This document shows, one piece after another, positions 30,705 through 43,661 of a stretch of DNA of 64,000 nt; the stretch's first letter is position 1; each line of letters begins with the position of its first letter. The position numbers and the translations under genes are program-made. Source of the DNA: Octopus vulgaris (lineage: Eukaryota); contig OX597828.1 of assembly GCA_951406725.2 (NCBI GenBank), forward strand, positions 8,370,001 through 8,434,000, read 5' to 3'. The notes under the pieces are model-generated. The model did not search any database. It saw only the letters and a list, made by a program, of their open reading frames with translations, and had not been told where the DNA came from.

Positions 30705-31879
30705 CATATATACATATTTATATAAATATATACATACATATATTCATATACATATATATTTAATATTACCTTAAGTTATATGTGTTATATAATATGAATC
30801 TATTTCTAATTTATACAAACTGAGACACAAATATTTAGGACACAAAATAGATTTTTAAAAACTGGAATAATATTTCCTTACTAGAGGTTGACTTATAAAG
30901 ATTCATATATGGATTGGAAAAGCTGGCTTATATATGGGGCATAAAGAAGATTGTTTGTAAAAGACAACGTTTCTTGTTAACCCATTCTAGTTTTGACCAG
31001 TAAAATATTATTTTTAATCACTTAGTAGAAATTAAGCAATTTAATTAGTTTTCCTTATTCTCTTATATTTAGGCCTCATTAAGGTAATATTTATTAAAAG
31101 TGACATCACTATTGCCATTATTACTCTATTACTAATTTCGTTAATGATATATTTGCATATTCAAGTTTGGAAAAAAATAAGATAAAATGAATTGTTTAAT
31201 GTAGAAATAAAGTTTGCTAATATTACGTTATATTATATTAGATTAACTTCATTTTTTATAAATTAGTGATATTCATTCATTAAATATCTATGTCATGAAA
31301 CCATGCTCGTGGGTTTACGAAGCTTTCATAATGCGGTGAAGGTGGCGATATATTTTATTATAGTTATTGTTAAAATTTATTTTTGCATTTAGTCAAGTGA
31401 CAGAAATTTGAAATTTCATAAAATAACATAGGATAGGAAGAAAACTAATTAAAGAAAATGAATGAATAAATAAATTAATAAACAAGAAGGCGAATAAGAA
31501 AATATAAATAGAAGTTAATGGGAAAAAAAGAAGAAAAACAGAAAAATGAGAGCTCGGGGTAAAGAATGGTGATTGACAGAGAAAAGAATAAAATGTGAAA
31601 GAAGGATGGGTATAAAAATAAAAGAGGTAGAGAAGAAACAAATTGGACAAACCCATTGTCTGGAAGGGAAGAGATGATGGATAGTAATTCAAACGTAAGC
31701 AGATCTTGGAATTTAATGTGTGCAGAGGGTATTTAGGTGCGCAGTAATGTGAGTGTCTATGATAAAGTATATGTGCGATCGTTAGGTCACGAAGTTTCTC
31801 TGCTGTGAGTTCTACTGACTGAAATTTTTTAAAAATTCACTCATGAGGAAAGCAAACGTAATTGCAGATTTTATTTAAT

Positions 31880-32690
31880 GGTTTCAAATCTTGGCACAAA
31901 GCCAGCAACCATGAGGGAGGGATAAACTGATCACATCGACACTAGTTCTTGACTGTTACTTAGTTTATCGACCCAGAAAGGATGATAGGCAAGGTCGAAC
32001 TCGGCGTGATTTCAGCTCAGAAATTAAAGACGAACGAGATGCTGGTATGCATTTTGACCGGTGTTCTAATAGACTTCAAGTAATAATATCGGTTTCAGAT
32101 TGTGGCACAAGGCAAATAATTACGGGGAAGTTGATTACATCGACCATAGGCTTCAAATGGCATTTATCTATCGACTTCTGAAAGGAAAAATAAAAATGGC
32201 AACTGTATTCTGTACACAGAACGTAATGACAAATGATGCAACGTATTTTGACCTGCGTGCTAGCAATTCTTTTCTCCTTTGGCACAAGGCCCTGAATTTT
32301 GGGGCAGAGGACCGGTCGATTAGACCGACCCCATCACGCAACTGGTACTTAATTTATTGACCTCGAAATGATGAAAGGCAAAATCGACATCGGTGGAATT
32401 TGAACTCAGAACGTAAAGATACGAAATATCGCTAAGCATTCTTTTCTACTCTAGACACAAGACCCGAAATTTTGGGGGAAGGGGCCAGTCGATTAGATCG
32501 ACCCCAGTAGGCAACTGGTACTTAATTTATCGACACCGAAAGAATGAAAAGCAAAGTGGACCTCGGCGGGATATGAACTCAGAATGTAAAGACAGACGAA
32601 ATGCCGCTAAGCATTTCACCCGGCATGCTAACCATTCTGCCAGCTCGCCACCTTTGCGTGCTAGCAAATTCTGAAAACCCATCACCCTAT
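31880..32690 (-). mobile_element. Cluster of four SINE family B copies (tandem and nested)
   Basis: Four repeats of the GGCACAAG..GTCGATT..GAAAGGCAAAGTCGAC..TGAACTCAGAACGTAA module. TGCGTGCTAGCAA is duplicated at 32254 and 32655 around the inner copies. Confidence 0.88.
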
Positions 32691-33265
32691 TTAGAATAAT
32701 AGTCTATACATATGTACACAGTCATACATACACATGCATTCTCACACATAAACATACATATGCATATATATAAATAACACTGCAGTGGTGAGCTTCCACG
32801 TATCTAACTACGAAGTGTAAATTAAATTTCTTATAGAACGATTTCGTTTCGCGTAGTTCTTCTATCAGTGATTCATTACTGTAGTAAACATCACACAACA
32901 GAATGGATAGATACCACCACTCTGGTGTTATTTTGTTACACTATGTAAAGCCAGCAAATAAATGACATATACACTAACTTAAACTGCTGGCAAGCATCAA
33001 CAAATCGACCCCAAATCGCATCCTATCATGTTCTAACAGGACGGTTACATTGAAAAGAGCATGACCAGAAATATATACAAAATATGGTGAAGAGATTTTG
33101 GAGACAGTTGCTCAACCGAAGATGGTAAGTATCCTAAAAGCAGAACGTGTGAAACCGAAGCCTTGTTTGGTAGGAAAAAAAATATATATATATATAAGTT
33201 AGGGAATTTTTATGAACTATGTTAGTTCACATTAAACAAGTCGACTGTAAGCTCATCTCAAAACA

Positions 33266-33634
33266 TCTCTCTATATATAAACGGCAAAATGTCTATCTGT
33301 GTGTGTCCTTTATACAAATCCACAATTTTTTAAGTTAGAGTGCTCGCACTTTCTATGATCATTGAAAACGTCGAAAGGGTGGTCGTGTACATCTTTACAT
33401 TTCACCAGTCAACCCGCAAAGCCATTAAAAAAATCAATAGAAATGACATTTTTGTGAATTTTCTATCCAAAACCCAATCAAAATTCCCGAAACTTGATTA
33501 CGCCAATTGAATGACAGCTACCTATATTTGATTGGTCGGAGATTTGCACAGTACTGGCGTGTATGTGCGCACGCACGCAGCTGTATATGCATGCACTAGC
33601 ACTATGACCAAGCAATGCCCGGTCATTGTGCTAG
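33266..33634 (+). mobile_element. Non-autonomous Helitron
   Basis: 5' TCTCTCTATATATAAA, 3' hairpin ATGACC..GGTCAT followed by CTAG, inserted between A (33265) and T (33635). Confidence 0.8.
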
Positions 33635-34258
33635 TCTATATATTAATTTGTACAATAGGTTTTTTAATGTTAAGTCTGCGTTGAAACTGCTAAAATAATG
33701 TTCCTACAAACTTCCCTTGTGTTATTTTATATCTTTTAGTATATTACTGCTTGCAATAACGATTATTTTCTCAATTTATTGCTCCTATTTATCCTAAGTA
33801 TAAAATGGTTTTCACAAATTGAATATGGTGTTATTAAATAATTATACTAGCACAGTTGAAATAAACCAATTAATTTCAATGTCCATCACATGTTTTACCT
33901 ACATGAAGTTTGATGCGCAATTCTCTACGCAAGAGTACGCATGCGAGTTTTCTTTTACAATCACTAAATCAATTACATATTTATGGATTGATATATAATA
34001 AACAAATTGAAATCAACGTTTGTGTGGCATACTAAAGGTATAATGACCGTCGAAATGCATGATGATGTAACTGTGCCTAAGACGATCATCATCCGTCGTG
34101 ATATTGTGTCATTCGGAGCAAGTTATTTAACGTGGTGACAAGAACACACAACGAAGCAAGAGCGACAGTGATTTTCACATGGACATAAACGAAGACGCTT
34201 TTAAACGATGTATATACATTTATTATGTACCCACTTTGAAATGATATACACACTCACA

Positions 34259-34260
<2 letters not shown>

Positions 34261-34330
<70 letters not shown>
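34261..34330. repeat. (TCTA)n repeat
   Basis: Direct reading; similar tracts at 36891-36988 and 52225-52297. Confidence 0.95.
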
Positions 34331-34616
34331 CATTTGTATGCACATGTGTGCTTATGAGTGTGAGTTTGTATGTGTGTATATGTGCAAGCATCGGTGTGCG
34401 TGTATACATCTATATGTGAGTATGTGTGTACGTGTTTATATATGCGATTGAAAAATACATATGTGTACATACATACATACACATACACATTTACTCACAC
34501 TGATATATATATATATATGTAACTTTTTACGTAAATACATGTAATAGAATAAATATAACTGACTGATTATATTAGTGTGTATGTGTGTGCATATTTATAT
34601 AAAAGTGTGTGTATGT

Positions 34617-34699
<83 letters not shown>

Positions 34700-35181
34700 C
34701 ACACACACTATATTTATATATATCGACATATAGACATATACAAACGAGTATTCGCACACAATATACGCATGTGAAATACAATAGTGTGTACAACACATTA
34801 AAATTGCAAATAGTTGAATTATCGCTTGTTTTCTTACTCGGTTCTATTTGAGTTTGGTTGATATCTTGTATACTTTCATGGGTTTGCGTTACTCGAAAGA
34901 TAAGTTTGTATATTTACTTTACCATATATTTCTATTTTTGTTGTTTTTTTTTTTGTTCATTGAATTCTTGTTTTTGCGAAGTAAAAATATTCAAATTTTC
35001 TAAAATTTTAAATTTATCTTTGTTTTATTATTAGGTTTAACAGTGAACAATGTTGGTCTATGTTATTTTCTCGTATATCATTTAGCTGATAACGAGACCC
35101 CCTTTGGAAAAATTTGATACAAACATACATACAATGTGTGTGTTCGCATACGATTATATTTGTGTGTAATAGGTAATTTCA

Positions 35182-35270
<89 letters not shown>

Positions 35271-35278
<8 letters not shown>

Positions 35279-36157
35279 TCAATATAGGGTGGCAAGGAAA
35301 ATTTTATATGGGAAAAAATTAAATAGTCATATTTTTAATCAACATTATATAATATTCACCCACTAGAAATAACAGCCAAATACCGCAAATAAAGATCAAT
35401 AAACAGGAGAAAATTAAAAAACATTTATAATATATACCGTTTCATCTGCTGTTTATAAACTAACCTGATTAAATTAAATCAAGCCAATCTTCCATAAGCC
35501 CTCAGATTCTTCAGCAAGAAATAGCTCAAGTCGGAACAGATATTTACACGAGGCATACCCAATCCTGCCAAGGCAATATCTGACCTAAAATTTTCAAATC
35601 GTCGCACTCGCGCCAAATTTATCGGCAGCAAATAAATCGTCGATTCCATTACGGAATTAACCAAAAAATTCATAATTAATCAATATAGGGTGGCAAGGAA
35701 AATTTTGCAGAATTTTTTTGCCACCAGCGGCCCAGTGGGAAAAAATTAAATAGTCATAGACCATTTTTAAGTTCAACATTAACAATTAAGGAACGGCCAT
35801 AATAGGCCATTCACCCACTAGAAATAACAGCCAAAGCTTCTACCGCAAATAAAGATCAATTCCGTAAACAGGAGAAAATTAAAAAAACATTTACCCTGTA
35901 ATTTCTTGTACGGTATACCGTTTCATCTGCTGTTTAATGGTAAACTAACCTGATTAAATTAAATCAAGCCAATCTTCCATAAGCCCTCAGATTCTTCAGC
36001 AAGAAATAGCTCAAGTCGGAACAGATATTTACACGAGGCATACCCAATCCTGCCAAGGCAATATCTGACCTAAAATTTTCAAACGTCGCACAAATTTATC
36101 GGCAGCAAATAAATCGTCGATTCCATTACGGAATTAACCAAAAAATTCATAATTAAT

Positions 36158-36164
<7 letters not shown>
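35271..36164 (-). mobile_element. Tandem two-monomer HHR-containing element in (TA)n (retrozyme-like, family 3)
   Basis: ATAATTAATCAATATA recurs at 35271, 35672 and 36149, giving units of 401 and 477 bp. Each unit carries an HHR core on the minus strand. TA runs on both sides. Confidence 0.85.
35901..36007 (-). ncRNA. Canonical type I hammerhead ribozyme with 58 nt stem II loop
   Basis: Minus strand: ATTTCTTG-CTGAAGA-ATCTG-(58 nt)-CAGAT-GAAA-CGGTATACCG-TA-CAAGAAAT. 8 bp stem I, all core nucleotides present. Confidence 0.9.
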
Positions 36165-36187
<23 letters not shown>

Positions 36188-36192
<5 letters not shown>

Positions 36193-36347
36193 GAAACTGA
36201 CTTATTGAAGTCCACCTGAAGATTGTCGATCAAGACAAGAAACGATTGTAGTGGCGGTTTTTTTGACTATTTATTAAAATTTTATGTATTGATTAAGTCT
36301 TTCCTTGTTTGTTTTGCAAAATAGTGGTTTTGTCTCTAATAATATTT

Positions 36348-36353
<6 letters not shown>
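36188..36353 (+). mobile_element. HHR-bearing short insertion in (TA)n (family 4)
   Basis: About 165 bp island between TA runs with an intact HHR and a T-rich 3' part. Confidence 0.75.
36212..36254 (+). ncRNA. Canonical minimal type I hammerhead ribozyme
   Basis: CCAC-CTGAAGA-TTGTC(gatcaa)GACAA-GAAA-CGATTG-TA-GTGG; predicted cleavage after 36250. Confidence 0.9.
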
Positions 36354-36424
<71 letters not shown>

Positions 36425-36889
36425 CATATATATATATATGTATATGTATATTTACATATATATATGTTACATTCAAGTATTGCTAACTTTTTCCTGTGTG
36501 TATATGTGCGTATCATCTTTTTTGTTTTGCATTCAAGCTGTCGGTGCAAAATACCCGTCTTGTATTTAAAACATACGTGTCAAAAGAAAGACTACCCATG
36601 TCTGATACAGTACCTTGATTTTCATAAATAAGTTTGAAGTAAATTTATAAGTTTAGAATGATTTTCTTAGAAGCTATATACTCAACTGGACATCATGACA
36701 ATCAAACATAAATTTAAATAATCATGAAATTCTGAAACAGATATGCTATTTACCAATATTATGACGGAGTTTTCCTTTCCGCATTTCGGCAAGTCTGTCT
36801 TTCTGATGTTGAGATTGTAAAGAAAGTGCCAAGACACTGTACGACAACCGGAGTAGTTCAATGGCTAAGACAAATAAAAGAGTAAAATA

Positions 36890-36977
<88 letters not shown>

Positions 36978-36988
36978 ATCTATCTATC

Positions 36989-37210
36989 GAGACCATTCGA
37001 CATCGCACTTTCGGTCCGTCAGGGATGCCCCCTCTCGTCGCCTCTGTACGTATTGACTCTCGAGCCATTATTGCGGAAGCTGGCAACTCTGAGGGGCATC
37101 CCGCGAGAACTGGGATGCGGGACCAGCGTGTCTGCATACGCGGACGACGTCACTGTCATAGTGTCTAGCCACGAGCACATCGAGCAGGTCGGCTAGACAC
37201 TGAAAAACTA
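36989..37210 (+). pseudogene. L1/Tx1-clade LINE reverse transcriptase fragment
   Basis: SVRQGCPLSSPLYVLTLEPLLRKL...SAYADDVTVIV motifs; a stop follows. Confidence 0.88.
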
Positions 37211-37335
37211 TCGACCCCGAAAGGATCAAAGGCAAAGTAGACTTCGGTGGAATTTGAACTCAGAATGTAACGTCAGACGAAAAACGGCTACGCATTTCGA
37301 CCGACGTGTTAACGTTTCTGGCAACTCGCCGCCTT
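37210..37335 (-). mobile_element. SINE family B 5' half
   Basis: ATCGACCCCGAAAGGATCAAAGGCAAAGT..TTTGAACTCAGAA..CTCGCCGCCTT. Confidence 0.85.
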
Positions 37336-38230
37336 CCTCCTCTTAACCATAAGTCTAGCCTAGTGCCCATTTGACCGTTGTTCTCATGTGTGTTGTGTCG
37401 ATAAGCTACAGAAGGACTTAAACAGCCCCGTACCACTTATATCATTGTCTACTCCCCCATAACCTTTACTTATTTTCTTATGTATTTTGTCTTTATTTAC
37501 ATATCGATTGTAACAGTATTACCTCATGCCCTAGGTTCAAATATAATCGACCAATTGCAAAGATCGCTTGACTTAACCCGTCTCATTGCGGACAACACGT
37601 GGGGTTCTCTGAAATATTTCTGTGAGTACACTATCTTAAGCACTATAAGGTAATATCTTGGACACATTGCAACTTAAGTTTTTTCGTTAGCATAGATAAT
37701 TCCCTTTAACAGTCATGCTAGCAAGTTTCCTTCTAGTTTTTTTTAATGATAATTTCTTTTCATAAATTGTTGAAACATCTTGGTTCTCTCTTATATTGGA
37801 ATTACCCTCAAATATCTTTTTACTCCCTGGACCAGTACTTCATAGCCCTACTCTTACTTCATAGCCCTAAGATGGTAGATTATATGCGTTTCATGTTTAG
37901 GCTTCCAGAACTTCTTTTCTCGGCCATATTCTCTTTCCTATTACTCATTCATTTTCTTTATTTTGGATGCTTTCGTTTTACTCTGCTGAAGCACCGTGCT
38001 CTGAATTTTATTTCCGCAATTATTTGTAAACATTGATCGGCACCGGATGCGGAAATAACCGTAAGATTTCTTATGTCATATAAATATCATGACATGTTTT
38101 GTATGAAAGAATAAGCTATAAATGTGGTCCATGGGTAACATGGGTAACGGATACCGATAATATATACGGATATTTTATCCTTTAGTCGGGTATTATAACC
38201 GCTAACTCTGATTACGTACATACATATACA

Positions 38231-38231
<1 letters not shown>

Positions 38232-38275
<44 letters not shown>

Positions 38276-38442
38276 CTATTGATATGTGGAGTTTATATAA
38301 GTTAACAGAATGACGCAGAAGATAAGCAAAGTACGAGATACGATTTAACCTTCCTTTAATTCTTATGTATGCATTAAATATCAGAAAATGCATTTAGGAA
38401 CATTTATGCCCATATATATATATGTGTGTTTGTGTGTGCTTG

Positions 38443-38496
<54 letters not shown>

Positions 38497-38572
38497 CCTG
38501 CTTCCATTTCCTGAGCGCCTATTAATAATATATATTGTTCCCTTGTTGTTTTTTTTTGTTTCCGTTTGGATT

Positions 38573-38618
<46 letters not shown>

Positions 38619-38811
38619 TTATATATATATATAAAAGCACATACACAAACACACAAGTATATGGGCATAAATGTTCCTAAATGTATTTTCAGATGTTTAG
38701 TGCATCTCAAAGAATTAAAGGAAAATTTAATCGTATCTCTGTACATTGCTTATCTTCTGCGTCATTCTGGTAACTTATACAATCTCTACATATCAATAGA
38801 AACACACTCAC
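38232..38811. repeat. Fold-back element: inverted arms of about 170 bp around a (TA)n core
   Basis: 38274-38445 is the diverged reverse complement of 38633-38805 (for example GAATGACGCAGAAGATAAGCAA / TTGCTTATCTTCTGCGTCATTC). Confidence 0.88.
38495..38578 (+). mobile_element. 3' fragment of HHR family 1 element in (TA)n
   Basis: TTCCTGAGCG..TTGTTCC..GTTTGGATTAA matches the 3' part of 52317-52443; the HHR itself is absent. Confidence 0.6.
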
Positions 38812-38901
38812 TTACATACATGCCTTCATATATGCACCATACACAGACACACACCCACACATGTACGTATATGTTCACATGCACGTATATATATATATAT
38901 G

Positions 38902-38954
<53 letters not shown>

Positions 38955-39940
38955 ATGTATGTATGTATATGTTAACATACACGTACATAGATATCAATAT
39001 CGCTACATACATACTGAAGTATAACATATTGCAGTGCATATAATTTAATGTTTTTGTATAAAGTAAATTTTATGAGTATTTTAACTAATGCATCCAAATT
39101 CTTTGAGACAGACTTGTAGTAATGCTGTGTGGAGAACGATGGAAGGTAGCTATCGTAAATGAAACAGCAAACTAGAAGTACAAAAATATCAGAAACAAAA
39201 TTTTTAAAAATCATCAGTAGTAAACCATTTTATCCGAACTGTACTAAGAATATGCATGGAGCTAAAATTCATGTGGGCTAGAACAGAAAAACATAACAAA
39301 AAATGTTGTACAATTTTACACAACTGTTGCACAGTCGCCCTAAAATAACTGCGCTCTACTCGGTGTAAGGTTTCTGAAATCTCATTAATATCTTCGCATG
39401 AATAAGGATCAGTTCTACATAGAGAACAAGAACTAAATCTCCATAGCAACAGACATTTATGTACCTGGATGTCTTGACGCATGATTCAGTGGATAAGAAT
39501 ATATTAAGCATCTATGCATGTGTGTATAAATATAAGTATATATATACACACATATATATTTATATACATACACGCATACATATACACACACACACACACA
39601 CGTATATATATATAAGCATATATGCATGGGCATATATATGATTTGCGGGAAATTTATGTATATACATATCTGTGTATATATGTATATGTGTATATAATTA
39701 TTTACGTTCTTTTACAATAATATATTTAGACACACTTATATTTAAATATATGTTAGTACATATACATATGCATGTATCTGTATGTATGTAAGAATATATT
39801 TTGTTTTAGATTCGGTCGGTGGTCCAGAATATGTAGTGCTTCGATTGGCAATCGTTCAATCCTGCAGAAGAGAAGTAAAAATCACATTGTATAGACTTTC
39901 ATACATGTGTTGTTTTCATTTTCTATAGTTGCTGTTAGTG

Positions 39941-40043
<103 letters not shown>

Positions 40044-41249
40044 TCCGTGTGTGTGTGATATGTTCTCATTTATTTTTGTCGTTGGATAAATGTGAAAACA
40101 AAACGAGTATTGTTTCATCTATTTCATAACATCGTTATTCTTTGCAAAATATTTTTCCTGTTTTGTCACATACATAACTAAATAGATACTTACAGCTATA
40201 CATACAAATGATCATATATACACACACCTTCATGCAATCTCATATGCAGCCATACACATCCAATCATACATGCCCATCCGCGCACACATACGCGTTCACA
40301 CTCATGCACACATATTTGCTGCATTTATTTAACTGGAAAGTTGAACTTATACTATATAACTCTTTATATATCTTTACGCGTATGTCATCATATGTTCCGT
40401 ATTCTTGTAATATGCACACACCTATATTTACGTAAACATTTATGCATACGATAAGTTTTTTTCTTGATGTGTTGAAACTACAAAAGTAATAATTACAGGC
40501 TTTAAGTTTCCGACGAATCGGTAGTTGACTGGATCGGAAACACGAAACTGGTAGTTGTAAACTCGTGCTCAGAATGGTTTGGAACATGCCACTATTTTCA
40601 TCTGGTTATCTCAAACTTGTTACGTTCCAAAGATTTCTCTACACACATATAGTCTCAGGCTTTGATTCAAGACAGACTATCAGCATAAGAGTTTCTTTTA
40701 ATAGTATAATATCCAATAGCTACAGTACTACAATCGTGATTGAATTAGAAGCAGCGCTGGTGTTGCAAACATCATTGAACACCCATACACAATGTATGTA
40801 CTCTTCTTGTTCACTGGTCGGCTGGAATTTGTTGCGATGGAGATGACTTTCGCAAAGCACCGAGTGTTAAATCATCTGAAGTCATAGACAGGCAAGACAA
40901 CTAACTTCGAGTCTCATTCAGGTGCGATGGACATCGAAGTTTCGCCATCAACACCACATAACTGAATCGAACTGGAGGCAAACTGAATTGTCTGACTATG
41001 TCTCTATGTAAAATTGTATCAAATCCATCTGTTAATATGACCGGACGTGATACTAAGAATAAGTTCAAATATGTGCTAATAAAATATTATAAGACTTCCT
41101 GTACCCGTAAGATTTTAAAACAAAAGCAGATGTCCAACATTTACGTCATTTTCTCAAATAGACTTCTTGCATTTCATTGCCCTATTTCTAGCCGTACACA
41201 AGTCTGTTTATTCCCTCAGGTAAGGAGGTTTGCGCTTGGCTCCGCAGCC

Positions 41250-41387
41250 GTTTGGTGTATTTACGAGACCGACAGAATAAATACTAGGCTTACAAAGAAT
41301 AAATCCTGAGGTTGATTTATACGACTAAAAGCGGTGCTCCAGCATGGCTGCAGCCAAATAACTGAAACAAGTAAAATAGTAAAAGAG
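41250..41387 (+). mobile_element. SINE family A 3' part
   Basis: GAGACCGACAGAATAAATACTAGGCTTACAAAGAATAA..GCGGTGCTCCAGCATGGCTGCAG..CTGAAACAAGTAAAA. Confidence 0.85.
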
Positions 41388-41712
41388 TTGAACGCTGTTT
41401 TTTTCTGGAATCCCACATTAGGTTTCAGACCTGAGACACTTTCAGACCAGAGAAATTGAATCAATGATCGTTGTACTTCCTTGGTGCACGCTACCAAGTT
41501 TACTTTGTAACACAAAAAAGGAAACAGGAATGATTAAGATTAAATTCGGTTACGTAACCACGAATGCTACCTTGAAGCACCGTAAACGATGTTTGTCTAA
41601 CGAGTCGATTCCGGCAATTAAACTCTTTTGTCGAATAGCTAAGTTCCAGAAATGTTAACGCACCAACTTCGGTTCTCAGTTCATGGGGGGAATTGCATAC
41701 GCAGGCACACGT

Positions 41713-41786
<74 letters not shown>

Positions 41787-41802
41787 ATATATACATTCAA
41801 AA

Positions 41803-42011
41803 TGTGACCGCGTGTGTACTGTTGGCGATTTTTTCCCTCCGTCTTCCCTTCCTTGGATCTTTCCTTTTCGTATGTTTCTAACAAAGAGCTCCGCTCAAAA
41901 CGTTATATCCTCCTTCTTTCTTTCATTTCATGAGCGTTTAGTAACACTATACTCGTTCCACGTCTTCGCGTTGTTGTGCTTTCTCTTTGTGTTTTCATGT
42001 TTGGTTTAACC
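41803..42011 (+). mobile_element. HHR family 1 element with decayed ribozyme
   Basis: gttt-CTAACAA-A-GAGC(tcc)GCTC-AAAA-CG-TT at 41874-41904 (G>A decay of the core). The body aligns with 52317-52443 and ends in (TA)n. Confidence 0.7.
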
Positions 42012-42024
42012 ATATATATATATA

Positions 42025-42173
42025 TTAACAGCATTGCTATACATAAATGCCTCAAGATACGAGGGTCTCTTAAAATCAAAACTACCGTAATAAACACAAT
42101 GTGTTTATTTTGGTAGTTCTGACTTTAAAAGTCCCCCGTAGCGTGAGGCATTTATGTATAGTAATGCCCTTAA
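42025..42173. mobile_element. Palindromic MITE-like element
   Basis: GCATTGCTATACATAAATGCCTCA.. / ..TGAGGCATTTATGTATAGTAATGC; the whole element folds back on itself around 42098. Confidence 0.8.
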
Positions 42174-42390
42174 TATAAATATATTTAAAGAGAATAATTA
42201 ATAATTTATCCCTTATGGGGTTTTTCACGCTAACTATTTGATATATTCTAAAGCACTTATCTTATTTTTATATTGTATATATATATTAGAAAAAATGAGG
42301 TAATCAGATCGGATGGTTCATATTCGTAGATATTTATTTATATATTACAGTTTTTACATATATATCATATCATTCAGATCATATCATTCG

Positions 42391-42429
42391 GATTAGCGCT
42401 TTCTCCCAATCTAGTGGAGTCTTCAAATC
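42391..42429 (-). ncRNA. Minimal hammerhead motif in the PLE terminal repeat
   Basis: Minus strand: gat-TTGAAGA-C-TCC(actagattg)GGA-GAAA-GCGC-TA-atc, with palindromic AGCGCT stem III and C3>U. Confidence 0.65.
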
Positions 42430-43039
42430 AAATCAATTGTGGGGAATTTGAACATTTTATAGTTTCGTAGGAGTGCGGAGGAATAAGACAGTATAAGAGG
42501 TTGAGGAGGAAGTGAGACAGAGGAAACATGTGTGTATGTGTATGTGTGTGTGTGTATATGTGTGTGTGTGTATGTGTGTGTGTGTGTGTGTGCGCGCGTT
42601 TATATCTGAGAGGGAAGAAGTGTTATTTCCGTTGGCCTACTGGACCTCCTGTGGTTTTATAAGAATTTTGGCTCTGTCCATTTTGATGTCACTGAGTGTG
42701 TGTTGTGCGTAGGTTGGCCGGACAAATGTCATTTGGGGTCACACTTTCTATGATCATTTTGTGGAGGTGTGTGTGTGTCTCTGTGTGTCCGTGTGTGTTT
42801 GTGTGTGTGTGTGTGTGTGTGTCTGTGTGTTTGGAGAAGGGGAGAGAGACAAAAAGAGAAAAGGGAAAATAAAAATTTAAAAAAAAATAAAAATATAAAA
42901 ATATAAAAATAAAAAATAAATTTTTTTTTTAAATATAAAAAATAAAAAATAAAAAAACAAATAAAAGTAAGGGAGGAAGTGGAGAAGAAAAATATTTTTG
43001 TGTGTTGATATTTATACCAATACATATATATACACACAC

Positions 43040-43326
43040 AGACTTATACATAAAATATTTGAAAAAAACCTTTTTATCGGTTCAAAATGAACAACCAAAT
43101 TATACCATCTTGAAAATTGTATATCATAGGAAAGTTAAAATTAAAGTGACAATTGAAAGGTAAAGATGGAAGTGAATTATAAAGATAATAATATAATATA
43201 ATGTATATAACAGGTAATACACATATCTATACACACACAGATATATATATATACATATAAACACACAGACATATACTAAATGTTCTACTATATTAGATTG
43301 TAAATCGAAAGATGCGTCCTTCAATG

Positions 43327-43373
<47 letters not shown>

Positions 43374-43645
43374 GCTTACACATGAAATATTAGGGAAAAA
43401 TCCACCTACTAACGAATCAAAATGAACAATCAAGTTACACCATCTTGAAAATTGCATATCATAGGAAGGTTAAAGTTAGAATGACAATTGGCAAGTAAAG
43501 ATCAAGTAAATTGCAAAAACAATATAATGTATGTAACAGGTAACATATATACACACACACACCTATATATATATACACACACACATATATTAAATGTTCC
43601 ACTGTATCATATTGTAAATCAAAAAAAATTTTTTGTCCTTCAATG
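43040..43645. repeat. Diverged direct duplication of about 300 bp in the PLE 3' UTR
   Basis: CAAAATGAACAA..CCATCTTGAAAATTG..ATCATAGGAA..GTCCTTCAATGT occurs at ~43083-43328 and ~43418-43646. Confidence 0.8.
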
Positions 43646-43661
43646 TATGTTGAGTAAAGTT

